Source: Candidatus Ozemobacteraceae bacterium
GTDB lineage: Bacteria > Muiribacteriota > Ozemobacteria > Ozemobacterales > Ozemobacteraceae
Assembly: GCA_965140445.1 (NCBI GenBank)
Contig: OZ223236.1
Span: 2,562,010-2,626,009 of the forward strand
Direction: 5' to 3'
DNA: 64,000 nt
In this document: positions 46,942-55,909 of the stretch, piece after piece
Numbering within the stretch: the stretch's first letter is position 1
Layout of the letters: every line of letters begins with the position of its first letter
Made by a program: the position numbers and the translations under genes
Notes under the pieces: generated by a model
The model's database searches: none
Told to the model about the DNA's origin: nothing
The model's input: only the letters and a program-made list of their open reading frames with translations

Positions 46942-48765
46942 TTATTTTCCAGCTTTAGCTTTCATTGATTCATAATCAGCTTTAGCTTTGTTCATTTCCT
47001 GAGCAACTTTCATTGCATCAGCCTGACGTCCCTGGCTGAGCATTTCATTATAGAGCTTATAAAGCTCTTTGTATTTTGATTCTGCAAGCTGGATTTCGTC
47101 ATCATAAACACCCATTGAAGCTGCATCGCCAGCTATGGAAATTTCAGGAGCCTGAGCACCAGAAACTGGGATTTCTGCTCCACCAGCTACAGCGCCGATA
47201 GAAACTGGTCCAGCTGTATCAGCTACAACAGCACCACCCATTGGGTTTGAGCCTACAGGCATTCCGATTGAACCGTAGCTGCCTTTGCCTTTTCCGAAGA
47301 TTCCAGCGATTTTCTGTGCAGCCCAGTTTCCGAGCATACCACCAGCGATACCGCCGATAATTGTTCCGAATGGAGGGAAGATTGCAGAACCGAGCATTGC
47401 ACCAAGAGTTGATCCAACTGCCTGACCTGTAACACCAACCCAATCAATCTGTTTGAAAGCTTGTTTGATTGAGAATCTGCCGTTTTTGAGATCGCCAGCA
47501 AGGTAAGCGCCTACTGAGTTACCTACGATAGAACCGAAGGTAGGAGCAAGTGCTGACATAACGCCGCCAACTACAGGGATAGCTGAGAGGAAAGGCACGA
47601 AGAATGAACCAGCTGCTGCGCCAGTTACAGATCCTACTACGCCACCTGCGAATTCTGCAGAAGCTACAGTTTTAACTGCTTTTTTGAGGCTAGGTTTTTC
47701 ACCGCGCATCATCTGAGTAGCAAGGTCAACACCAACAGTGATACCAGCAGTCATAAGAAGGTTCTTAGCGCTGAAACCAGATTTGAGGCTACCTTTTACA
47801 TTGTCAACACCCTGTTTAGTCATTACTTTACCAGCTTCGTAGCCAGCTTTGAATTTTGTAGCAGTAGTGTTTTTGAGTTTTGTGAAGAAACCAGGTTTGT
47901 CAGCTTTTGCTACAGAACCAGTTGTAGACTGTGAAGCTTCAGGAGCCTGCTGAGTCTGCTGAGCCTGAGTTCCTTCTGAACTTTGGCTGCTCTGAGAAGA
48001 CTGTTCTGAACTCTGGCTGCTCTGTGAACTCTGTTCTGAGCTCTGAGAAGACTGTTCTGAACTTTGGCTGCTCTGAGAACTCTGCTCTGAGCTCTGTGAA
48101 CTCTGAGAAGAATCACCTTTAGCTGGAGTAGCTGGTTTTTTCTTGAAGATGCTAGCGATTCTATCTTTAGCACTCTTAAGGAGGCTTCCGATTTTGCTGC
48201 CAGTTGCTTTAAGAGCTCCGCCAACTTTGCTTCCAGTTGTTTTAACTGCATCGCCAACTTTGCCAGCGCCGGTTTTTACGCCGTCTACAGTTTTAGTTCC
48301 GAAAGCCTGTCCATTATCTTTTCCTGCTGAAAAGCTATCTTTGATTTTCTGGCCATATGAACTAAGTTCGTTCTTAATCCAACTGCCTGATTTGGCTCCG
48401 CTAGCTGCTGAAGTATCTGCTGCGTTAACTGCAGGCGCCTGAGCTGCTGACTGTGAAGAGCTTACTGCTGTGTTAGCAGTTGTGGCTGCAGCTGTAGATC
48501 CAGCGTTTCCACCGAAAATCAACTTTGTATACTGAGCCATGTCAAGTGCTACTGGCTGGCCATTTACATAGCGAACATTGTAGCTGGTTGTTGTAGGACC
48601 GCTCTTAACAGTTACCCACTGGCCTGGTGTTACGTTCATGCTCTGACCGCCAACATTTACCTTGATGCCACTGTAGGCGGCCATCAGAGGTGCTTCAAGT
48701 GCGAAGCTGGCAATAAGAACTACGCATAACAGTTTGCTGATAAGCTTAATTGTGCTGTTCCTCAT
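46942..48765 (-). CDS. secreted/membrane-associated repeat protein (Ser/Gln-rich repeats, Gly-zipper hydrophobic domain, C-terminal coiled coil)
   Basis: 607 aa; AGGAG 8 nt upstream of ATG; signal peptide; (SSQ/SSEQ)n tract at aa 218-264; Gly/Ala-rich hydrophobic segment; Lys/Glu-rich C-terminus. Confidence 0.6.
   Translation of the reverse strand: MRNSTIKLISKLLCVVLIASFALEAPLMAAYSGIKVNVGGQSMNVTPGQWVTVKSGPTTTSYNVRYVNGQPVALDMAQYTKLIFGGNAGSTAAATTANTAVSSSQSAAQAPAVNAADTSAASGAKSGSWIKNELSSYGQKIKDSFSAGKDNGQAFGTKTVDGVKTGAGKVGDAVKTTGSKVGGALKATGSKIGSLLKSAKDRIASIFKKKPATPAKGDSSQSSQSSEQSSQSSQSSEQSSQSSEQSSQSSQSSEQSSQSSQSSEGTQAQQTQQAPEASQSTTGSVAKADKPGFFTKLKNTTATKFKAGYEAGKVMTKQGVDNVKGSLKSGFSAKNLLMTAGITVGVDLATQMMRGEKPSLKKAVKTVASAEFAGGVVGSVTGAAAGSFFVPFLSAIPVVGGVMSALAPTFGSIVGNSVGAYLAGDLKNGRFSIKQAFKQIDWVGVTGQAVGSTLGAMLGSAIFPPFGTIIGGIAGGMLGNWAAQKIAGIFGKGKGSYGSIGMPVGSNPMGGAVVADTAGPVSIGAVAGGAEIPVSGAQAPEISIAGDAASMGVYDDEIQLAESKYKELYKLYNEMLSQGRQADAMKVAQEMNKAKADYESMKAKAGK
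47974..48114 (-). repeat. in-frame tandem nucleotide repeat encoding (SSQ/SSEQ)n
   Basis: Plus strand shows reiterated CTGAGAAGACTGTTCTGAACT(T/C)TGGCTGCTCTG(A/T)GAACTCTG(T/C)TCTGAGCT units. Confidence 0.7.
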
Positions 48766-48950
48766 ACGTCATACTCCTGATTTTTGGAATACCCGAGTTT
48801 TAAGACCCGATTTACCCGACTCACAGCACAACCTACCCGAAAGTGCTATAAATCGCTTTTTTTAAGGGTGTACCCGCACCCTTGTTTTCAATTATAACAA
48901 ACGATTTGAAATCCGCAAGGGCAGCAATAAAAAAAAATAGTTTTTGTTAA

Positions 48951-48984
48951 GCAAAAACCGAGAGTTTTTGGCTCCCGGTTTTTT
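48951..48984 (-). terminator. intrinsic terminator downstream of hydG and the small ORF
   Basis: Stem CCGGGAG/CTCTCGG (one G-U in minus sense) followed by UUUUUGC; also plausible on the plus strand. Confidence 0.5.
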
Positions 48985-48998
48985 ACAAATTTCAAACA

Positions 48999-49247
48999 TT
49001 AAGATACGCAAGTCTTTGTGAGCAGGGGTTCTAGCTCCTGGATAATCTGTTCTTTACAGAAATTCTCACCTTGCACGAAAAAACCTATGTCTTTTGTTTC
49101 ATATATTAATTCTGATGGTAAAGGTAAAGTTTCTCCTGCTCCAATAAGAAAAGCCCAGCGTTTTCCAATTTTTCGGCAAATCCAGATTCTAATCTGGTAT
49201 TTTTTAGAAATAACTTCAAGATCAAATAAAGAGATCTCGTTCTCCAT
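48999..49247 (-). CDS. small hypothetical protein downstream of hydG
   Basis: About 82 aa from the internal ATG (track ORF 48999-49283 overlaps the hydG 3' end); sits between the hydG stop and the terminator. Weak evidence. Confidence 0.3.
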   Translation of the reverse strand: MENEISLFDLEVISKKYQIRIWICRKIGKRWAFLIGAGETLPLPSELIYETKDIGFFVQGENFCKEQIIQELEPLLTKTCVS

Positions 49248-50745
49248 TACATATCCTTTCGTAGTAATCCATTGTGGATTCAAACAATTTGGGTGAAAAA
49301 ACTGATGGAGTTTGCTTTTTTACCTCTTCGATTTCTGCTTTTATTACAGCTTCTCCAGCTTTTTTTGTTTCAGGAGAAGCGAAATCGTTGAGCCACTCTC
49401 TATAGGTAAGAATTGCATTCAATTTACAGAAGTGACATTCATGCCCAGATTTTAACATACTCATGATCTGATCGCCGGTTCTTCCGCATCTGTATCCAGC
49501 TGTGCAGAATGATGTGATAACGCCTTTTTTTGCAAGGTCACCGATGAGCTGATCTAATGTTCTTGTGTCCCCGAGCATAAATTGTTGTTCGTCTATATTC
49601 TGTTCTCCAGTAGCCTTTGAATAACCACCTATTCCAATAATCGTTGAGGCGTCAGTTTGTGTACAACCGACAAACAAAACGTCGTCTCTAACTTCCTGTG
49701 ATTCTCTGGCTGTTATAATGAGTCCTGTATAAGGAACTGCAAGACGGATTAAGGTAACGATTTTTTTAAAGTCTTCATCTGAAACGAAGTAGTCTTCATT
49801 CTGGTTATTTCCAAAAATTGGAGAATTACTGGCAGGGGTTATTCTGGGAAATGAGATGGTGTGTGGGCCAACTCCAAACTTTGTTTCCAACTCAATTGAG
49901 TGAGCCAGAAGCCCCATAACCTCAAATCTCCAATCGTAAAGTCCGAAAAGTGCGCCTATTGCTACATCATCTATCCCTGCTTCGTAGGCTCTATGGTGTA
50001 CATATAAGCGCCAGGGGAAGTTTCCTTTAACCGTATTTTCAGGGTGCATTTTCCTGTAGGTTTCGTGGTGATATGTTTCCTGAAAGACCTGGTAAGTACC
50101 GATTCCAACTTCGTGAAGCTTTCTTAAATCATCTACTGAAAGGGGAGCTGCATTAATATTGACTCTTCTAATCTCACCCTGTTTTTTGTCGGTTTTCACC
50201 TTGACGTCATAAATTGTCTTGATACTCTCTGCAATATAATCAGCGCCAGTTTGGGGATGCTCGCCATATACTACGATTACCCTTTTATGGCCAATATCTC
50301 CGGCAAGAACTTCGGCTTCTCGCTTAATTTCTTCCATTGATAAGCAAACCCGCTTTTCATCTTCATTGTCACATCTGAAGCCACAATACATGCAATTGTT
50401 TACGCAAAGGTTGCTGCAATATAAGGGAGCAAAGGTAACTATTCTATTGTCATAGACTTTAGTTTTTACTTTTGCAGCCATTTTATACATCTTATCCCAG
50501 GTTTCCGTTTTTTTTACTTTCATTAGAGTCGCAAGCTCTTCCGGGGAAAGGGTTTTTATTTGATAAGACTTTTCAAGGATTCTATCTACTTCTTCATCAG
50601 AAGGTTCTGATGCTTCGTTAATCTGTTTCCAGATCAAATCGTCGTCTATAAAATCTTTGCCATCTACCATGTGTTTTTCATATTCTTCAGGCTTGATGAC
50701 TTTGTTAATCCATGATTCTGGTGAAGCATTTTTATTTACTTGCAT
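49222..50745 (-). CDS. radical SAM protein of ThiH/HydG family, HydG-like ([FeFe]-hydrogenase maturase candidate)
   Basis: N-terminal block ...RIVTFAPLYCSNLCVNNCMYCGF (CX3CX2C) typical of ThiH/HydG; ~500 aa with Cys-containing C-terminal domain; start set to ATG with AGGAG 6 nt upstream. Confidence 0.7.
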   Translation of the reverse strand: MQVNKNASPESWINKVIKPEEYEKHMVDGKDFIDDDLIWKQINEASEPSDEEVDRILEKSYQIKTLSPEELATLMKVKKTETWDKMYKMAAKVKTKVYDNRIVTFAPLYCSNLCVNNCMYCGFRCDNEDEKRVCLSMEEIKREAEVLAGDIGHKRVIVVYGEHPQTGADYIAESIKTIYDVKVKTDKKQGEIRRVNINAAPLSVDDLRKLHEVGIGTYQVFQETYHHETYRKMHPENTVKGNFPWRLYVHHRAYEAGIDDVAIGALFGLYDWRFEVMGLLAHSIELETKFGVGPHTISFPRITPASNSPIFGNNQNEDYFVSDEDFKKIVTLIRLAVPYTGLIITARESQEVRDDVLFVGCTQTDASTIIGIGGYSKATGEQNIDEQQFMLGDTRTLDQLIGDLAKKGVITSFCTAGYRCGRTGDQIMSMLKSGHECHFCKLNAILTYREWLNDFASPETKKAGEAVIKAEIEEVKKQTPSVFSPKLFESTMDYYERICNGERDLFI

Positions 50746-50768
50746 AGGAAACTCCTGATTTGTGATTT

Positions 50769-51044
50769 TCAAATTTTTGTGAATACGGTTTTGACGCTGA
50801 TATCTGGTAGGAGCCCAATCTTCCCCGTTAAAGCACCAATTTCATCATTTGTTCCATCAACTATTAATGAAACAACAGAGATATTTCGCTCTTTATAGGG
50901 GATTCCCATTCGACCAACAATCAGGTGAGAAAATTCATGCAGCAGATTGTTAAAATCATTAACAGCAAGTCCGGGTGTTTTGAGAATAACTGCAACAACT
51001 CCGAGCCTTCTTTGCGCAGAATCTGCGCTATTCGTTCTGGTCAT
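50769..51044 (-). CDS. TM1266-like small protein (NikR C-terminal domain-like; putative hydrogenase-system regulator)
   Basis: 91 aa (VVAVILKTPG...HEFSHLIVGRMGIP...VVSLIVDGTNDEIGALTGKIGLL); AGGAG SD; 23 bp upstream of hydG. Family assignment from memory, not searched. Confidence 0.5.
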   Translation of the reverse strand: MTRTNSADSAQRRLGVVAVILKTPGLAVNDFNNLLHEFSHLIVGRMGIPYKERNISVVSLIVDGTNDEIGALTGKIGLLPDISVKTVFTKI

Positions 51045-51270
51045 TTTTTTGCTCCTTGATGTCAGGGAAACCCCTTCATCTTAGAAAAGTATGTTTATGA
51101 AAAGTTTCACAAACGTTAAGGTTAGTATACTAAATTTGTAGCATTTTGCAACCATAATTTTGCAAACTTAATTTTGCCAAATTACATCTGTTTGAGAAAA
51201 AAATCTCAAAGTTCTTGCCTAAGCAGGCCTTTTTATTTATCTTTGCAGTAATAAACACAGGGGCATATCA

Positions 51271-52650
51271 ATGGAACAAAAATTTCGCCTTGAACATGAC
51301 TTCATTGGAGAAAAATCAATTCCCACAGAAGCATTGTTTGGAATAAACTCCTTGCGAGCATTTGAGAACTTTTTTTTAACTGGAAAAAAAATCCCATCTG
51401 AAATGATTAGAGCGTTGGCAATGGTAAAAAAAGCTGCCGCAAAAGCTCATAAAAATTCAGGAGAAATTGCTGATGCTAAAGTAGAAGCCATTATAAGTGC
51501 TTGTGATGAAATGATTTCAGGAAAGCTCGATTCCGAAATCATTGTTGATCCTCTTCAGGGTGGAGCCGGAACAGCCGCTAATATGAACATCAACGAAGTC
51601 CTTGCTAATCGAGCAAATGTAATTCTTGGTGGGAATCCAGGAGATTATGAGCTGGTTCACCCTCTGGATCATGTCAATAAAGGACAAAGCACCAATGATG
51701 TTTTCCCTACTGCGCTTAAAATAGCAGCTATATGGGATTTGAGAGATATGGTTGAAGAGGTTGCCAGACTTCAGGAAGCTCTACAGGAAAAAGAAACTGA
51801 GTTCGCTCCAATTATAAAAATTGGGCGCACCCAACTTCAGGACGCCGTTCCCGTAACCTTGGGAGCTGAATTCAGTGCTTTTGCAGAAGCAATTTCCAGA
51901 GATAGATGGCGACTCTATCGAGTGGAAGAACGTCTTAGAGTTGTAAATCTAGGTGGAACTGCTATTGGGACAAGTATTCGGGCGAGAAGAGAATTTCAAT
52001 TTGAAATGCTTAAACATCTTAGAGATGAAACCGGAATTGGCATCGCTCGTGCTGAAAATCTTGTTGAGGCTACTCAAAATGCCGACGTTTTCTGTGAAAT
52101 TTCGGGTCTTTTAAAGCCATTGGCAGTTAACTTGTCTAAAATGGCATCTGATTTACGTTTACTTTCCTCTGGACCGCATTCTGGAATTGGAGAAATTTTT
52201 CTTCCGGCAGTTCAGGAAGGAAGTACTATCATGCCAGGGAAAGTGAATCCCGTAATGTGTGAAATGATAAATCAAGTTGCGATGAAGGTTATGGGCAACG
52301 ATTTAATTATTGCTCACGCTGCCGAGAGCGGACAGCTTGAGCTTAATGCTTTTTTACCACTTATAATGGATGTACTGTTGGAGTCGCTTACGATTCTGAG
52401 AAGAGGTATTGGTTTATTTACTGATAAATGTATAAAGGGCATAAAGGCTAACAAAGAAAGATGTGAGAAAAACTTAAAGGGGTCGCTAGGTATGCTGACT
52501 CTTCTAGCCGAAAAACTTGGGCATGATAAAACTTCCTTGATTTACAAAAAACACCTGGAAACAGGTGAGTCTGTAGAAAAACTTTTACTGGAAAACAAAT
52601 TTGTAACCTCTGAAGACATTGGAGAAGCATTAAAGGCATGTAGACCATAA
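51271..52650 (+). CDS. aspartate ammonia-lyase / class II fumarase family lyase
   Basis: 459 aa; fumarate-lyase signature GSTIMPGKVNPV and conserved N-terminal block (IPTEALFGINSLRAFENF). Confidence 0.85.
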   Translation: MEQKFRLEHDFIGEKSIPTEALFGINSLRAFENFFLTGKKIPSEMIRALAMVKKAAAKAHKNSGEIADAKVEAIISACDEMISGKLDSEIIVDPLQGGAGTAANMNINEVLANRANVILGGNPGDYELVHPLDHVNKGQSTNDVFPTALKIAAIWDLRDMVEEVARLQEALQEKETEFAPIIKIGRTQLQDAVPVTLGAEFSAFAEAISRDRWRLYRVEERLRVVNLGGTAIGTSIRARREFQFEMLKHLRDETGIGIARAENLVEATQNADVFCEISGLLKPLAVNLSKMASDLRLLSSGPHSGIGEIFLPAVQEGSTIMPGKVNPVMCEMINQVAMKVMGNDLIIAHAAESGQLELNAFLPLIMDVLLESLTILRRGIGLFTDKCIKGIKANKERCEKNLKGSLGMLTLLAEKLGHDKTSLIYKKHLETGESVEKLLLENKFVTSEDIGEALKACRP

Positions 52651-52684
52651 GGTTTTCACAATTTTTAACCAGACAGGAATCTAA

Positions 52685-52728
52685 AAAACAAAAGGCCGTC
52701 TGCAACTTATGCAGACGGCCTTTTATAA
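52685..52728. terminator. bidirectional intrinsic terminator between convergent aspA-like and sppA genes
   Basis: Perfect 11-bp stem GGCCGTCTGCA/TGCAGACGGCC, 5-nt loop, flanked by A-run upstream and T-run downstream. Confidence 0.65.
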
Positions 52729-52733
52729 TTTTA

Positions 52734-53744
52734 CTAATTTGAAAGGGGCATAGACATTTTGTACATTAAAGATGGAACTTCTGAACTCTCCATGATTTTT
52801 TTGAATTCATTAATCAAAGCTGGTGCTCCAGAATTCATGCTTGCCATTTCAGACAGTACTTCAGCAAAGCCTTTTTTGGAATAGCTTTTAACCAGAGCGG
52901 CGCTTTCAATTTTCGCAAGTTTACAGGCAACCGCCATTGAATCTTCCCTGTAACCTATTTGATCGATTAAACCAAGCTCCTTTGCTCTGGTCGCATTATA
53001 AATGCCGCCATCCGCAATTTTTTCGACATCTTTTCTGGTCATCTTTCTTCCTTTGGTAACAATTTCAACAAATCTTTCGTAGATGCTGTTAATTATTTCC
53101 AGGATCATTTCTTTTTCTTCTACCGTCATTTCACGGAAAGGTGAAAGAATGTCCTTTTTCGGAGTTTTTTCTGATTTGAGAACAACAGGTTTAATGCCGA
53201 GATTAGCAACCAGGCGCTCAAAGTTCATTCCATGCATAATAACGCCAATGCTTCCAAGGATTGAGGTAGGGTGGGCGAGGATTTTGTCAGCGGCACAGGC
53301 CACATAATATGCTCCAGAAGCGCCAAGGGTTCCAAAATGTGCAACTACTGGTTTGCCAGTTTTCTTTTTGAAATTTTCAATTTGATGATAAATAATATCA
53401 CTGGCAGTAACTTCTCCACCGGGAGAATTTATCTCTATCAAAACCGCTTTTATCGCATCCCTTTTTTCTGCGACAAGTAGATCTTTTTTGATCTGTTTGA
53501 ACATGTCTTTATTTGGTTGAAAGGGGATTGATTGTTCTTCATCTTTTTCCTGAATAACACCTTTGATTTTTATCAGGAGGATTTCTTCTTTAGCTTCTTC
53601 ATCGCCTTCAACAAATTTAACTCGGAGCTTTTTCTTGCTTTTTTCACTGGCTGAAGGCGCAAAAATACTAAAAATACCCTGGGCGAAGCTTGCGCTTGAT
53701 ACGGTAAAAATTAATGCGAAACACAAATAGTAAATTTTTTTCAT
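52734..53744 (-). CDS. sppA: signal peptide peptidase SppA (36K type)
   Basis: ClpP/crotonase-fold peptidase pattern (VVAHFGTLGASGAYYVACAADKILAHPTSILGSIGV); start set to ATG with GAAGGGG SD; N-terminal signal peptide. Confidence 0.8.
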   Translation of the reverse strand: MKKIYYLCFALIFTVSSASFAQGIFSIFAPSASEKSKKKLRVKFVEGDEEAKEEILLIKIKGVIQEKDEEQSIPFQPNKDMFKQIKKDLLVAEKRDAIKAVLIEINSPGGEVTASDIIYHQIENFKKKTGKPVVAHFGTLGASGAYYVACAADKILAHPTSILGSIGVIMHGMNFERLVANLGIKPVVLKSEKTPKKDILSPFREMTVEEKEMILEIINSIYERFVEIVTKGRKMTRKDVEKIADGGIYNATRAKELGLIDQIGYREDSMAVACKLAKIESAALVKSYSKKGFAEVLSEMASMNSGAPALINEFKKIMESSEVPSLMYKMSMPLSN

Positions 53745-53757
53745 TGACTTACCCCTT

Positions 53758-54867
53758 CTATTTTTCTTGTCCTCTTGTCCAGAAACCTTCATTCCGCTCA
53801 TCTGGACATGCGTTAAAAAGAACCTGGCAATCGTTACACCTGAGACAGAGATCAGCGTTGGTAGCTTTTCTATTCTGCATCGAAGCGTAAATAAATTCAG
53901 GACTTCTTAAAAGTGCTTTGTCAAAATTAATCATGTCAGCATAATTGTGGGAAAGTATGTTTGCCGCACTGCGCTGAGAAAAAACATTTCCTGAATAAAT
54001 TACAGGAATAGAGAGTTTCCTTAATTCGATTGCTTCATCCTTAAAAACGCAATCAGGAGAATCTTTGCCAAAAATTGAATCTGCTCCATATTGATTTGAT
54101 GGAATGCCCCCGGTTAGATGAAAGGCATCCACTTTGCAATTTGCAAGCATTTTTGCCAGTTTTAATGATTTTGCCATGGTTAATCCGCCAGGCAGGTAAT
54201 CCCGCATAGGGATTCGATAAAATAAAAGCAAATCTGGAACGGCTTCCTTGATTTTCGTAACAACTTCCATCGCAAGACGAAATGAATTGTCATACTCAAG
54301 TCCAAATTCATCAAATCTTTTATTGGTTTTTGGCGAAATAAATTGATGAAGAAGCTCTCCATCGCCCCCTTGAATCTCAATTGCTTCAAACCCGGCATCC
54401 CATGCTGAAATTGCTCCCTGAACAAAATCTGAAATGATTTTCTGGATTTCCTGAAAGGTTAACTCTTTGCCTAGAGGATCATTTTTGCCTTTAAAGTCAA
54501 TTCCAGATGGAGATAACCTGAATGCTCTTTCAGGAGTTAAAGCAAGAACACCTGGATGAGTGATTCGTATTGCGGGAATCGCACCCTTTGATCTGACTCG
54601 TTCGGCAATAGCCGCGAAACGGTTCATATTTTCATGGCTTTGTAAGTTTAGCTGTTTTGAAAATGAGCGATGATTTTTTTGAATTGATGCGCTTTCTACA
54701 ATAACCAGAGATGGACCTGTTTCAGCAATTTTTCCATAGAAATTTATGAGCTTATCCGTTGGCTTACCGTTTAAATCTGCTAATTTTGTGCAATTAAATG
54801 AAACAACTGCTCTATTTTTCAGTTGAAGTTTTTTTATTTGGATTGGCTCTGACAATAAGATCGGCAT
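53758..54867 (-). CDS. Old Yellow Enzyme-family NADH:flavin oxidoreductase
   Basis: 369 aa TIM-barrel flavoprotein-like pattern with C-terminal Cys cluster (CLRCNDCQVLFNACPDE). Confidence 0.7.
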   Translation of the reverse strand: MPILLSEPIQIKKLQLKNRAVVSFNCTKLADLNGKPTDKLINFYGKIAETGPSLVIVESASIQKNHRSFSKQLNLQSHENMNRFAAIAERVRSKGAIPAIRITHPGVLALTPERAFRLSPSGIDFKGKNDPLGKELTFQEIQKIISDFVQGAISAWDAGFEAIEIQGGDGELLHQFISPKTNKRFDEFGLEYDNSFRLAMEVVTKIKEAVPDLLLFYRIPMRDYLPGGLTMAKSLKLAKMLANCKVDAFHLTGGIPSNQYGADSIFGKDSPDCVFKDEAIELRKLSIPVIYSGNVFSQRSAANILSHNYADMINFDKALLRSPEFIYASMQNRKATNADLCLRCNDCQVLFNACPDERNEGFWTRGQEK

Positions 54868-54891
54868 TTTTTGATATTACATTGTCGCTCT

Positions 54892-55851
54892 ATGCGGGTC
54901 AAGGTTAAGAAAAGGCTGCAACAGTTTATATTTTGTGATAAGATTCCCAACATGATTAAAATTCCAAATTTTCCCGAACAAACTACAATTCAGTTATCAC
55001 ATAGAGATGCCTTAACAGAAGCAGTTACAGCACAGGGAATTAAATCTGCCGAATTTTCTATTTATTACCTATTAAGTTGGTTTTATAACCGACCTGCATA
55101 TATTTCCAAAATTGATGACAGATTGATCCTGGATGTTGAGAGTCGCGAAGGTTGCCATATCTTTCTTGGACCATTCGGAACAGGCCCAATTAAGCCAGCT
55201 GTCGAGAAGATGCTTTCCTATATGGAATCTCTGGGCTGTGAAAGAGCAATTAGATACATTCCCCAGACTTTAGTTGAAGAGATTAAGTCTGTTATGACTC
55301 CCATAAGGGAAGAAGAGCACAGAGACTACTTTGACTATATTTACAGTCGGGAAGAATTAGCTGAACTGCCAGGAAGAAAGTTTCAAAAGAGGCGCAATCA
55401 GGTAAATCGAATACAAAGGACCATCAATCCAAAGATAAAAATTATTTCCAAAGATGATGTGGAAGAAATTATGCATTGTCTTGATTTATGGTACGAAAAA
55501 TATGGCGATGGTGATCTTTTTCTTGAAATGGAAAAAGAAAGCATAAAAAGGGCTCTCCCAATGTTATGGACACTCGGTGGAGTTGGCGTAAAGCTGGAGC
55601 TGGAAGAGGGAATGTGCGGGCTTTCATGGGCTGTTCCCTTAACAAAAGAAACCTGGCTGGTTCCTGTAGAAAAAGCTTCCCGAGAGATTGGCGGAATGTA
55701 CCAGTATGTAAATTGGGCTCTTGCAAATAATTTACCAGAAGAGGTCAAATATTTAAACAGGGAAGCAGACCTTGGTATTGAAGGCCTTAGAACAGCTAAA
55801 ATTCGTTATAATCCTGTTGATTTCGAGAAGAAATTCACCCTCTGGTTTTAA
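54892..55851 (+). CDS. DUF2156-like protein (MprF C-terminal-like acyltransferase fold), hypothetical
   Basis: Track ORF starts at TTG 54871; first ATG at 54892; no clear SD; family call is a tentative recollection. Confidence 0.45.
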   Translation: MRVKVKKRLQQFIFCDKIPNMIKIPNFPEQTTIQLSHRDALTEAVTAQGIKSAEFSIYYLLSWFYNRPAYISKIDDRLILDVESREGCHIFLGPFGTGPIKPAVEKMLSYMESLGCERAIRYIPQTLVEEIKSVMTPIREEEHRDYFDYIYSREELAELPGRKFQKRRNQVNRIQRTINPKIKIISKDDVEEIMHCLDLWYEKYGDGDLFLEMEKESIKRALPMLWTLGGVGVKLELEEGMCGLSWAVPLTKETWLVPVEKASREIGGMYQYVNWALANNLPEEVKYLNREADLGIEGLRTAKIRYNPVDFEKKFTLWF

Positions 55852-55909
55852 GTTATCTAGTTAAATCTGCCGATAGTTATAGTATAGATAAAAAAAAGCT
55901 GGCAGGCAG

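Noticed and set aside
47910-48442. Overlapping ORFs on both strands across the Ser/Gln repeat of the 607-aa gene
   Set aside because: Products are low-complexity read-throughs of the tandem repeat (alternative frames of the SSQ unit); the host ORF has a signal peptide and strong SD.
55398-55748. Two minus-strand ORFs (116 and 85 aa) antisense to the DUF2156-like gene
   Set aside because: Nested antisense ORFs with no SD; the sense ORF is longer and compositionally typical.
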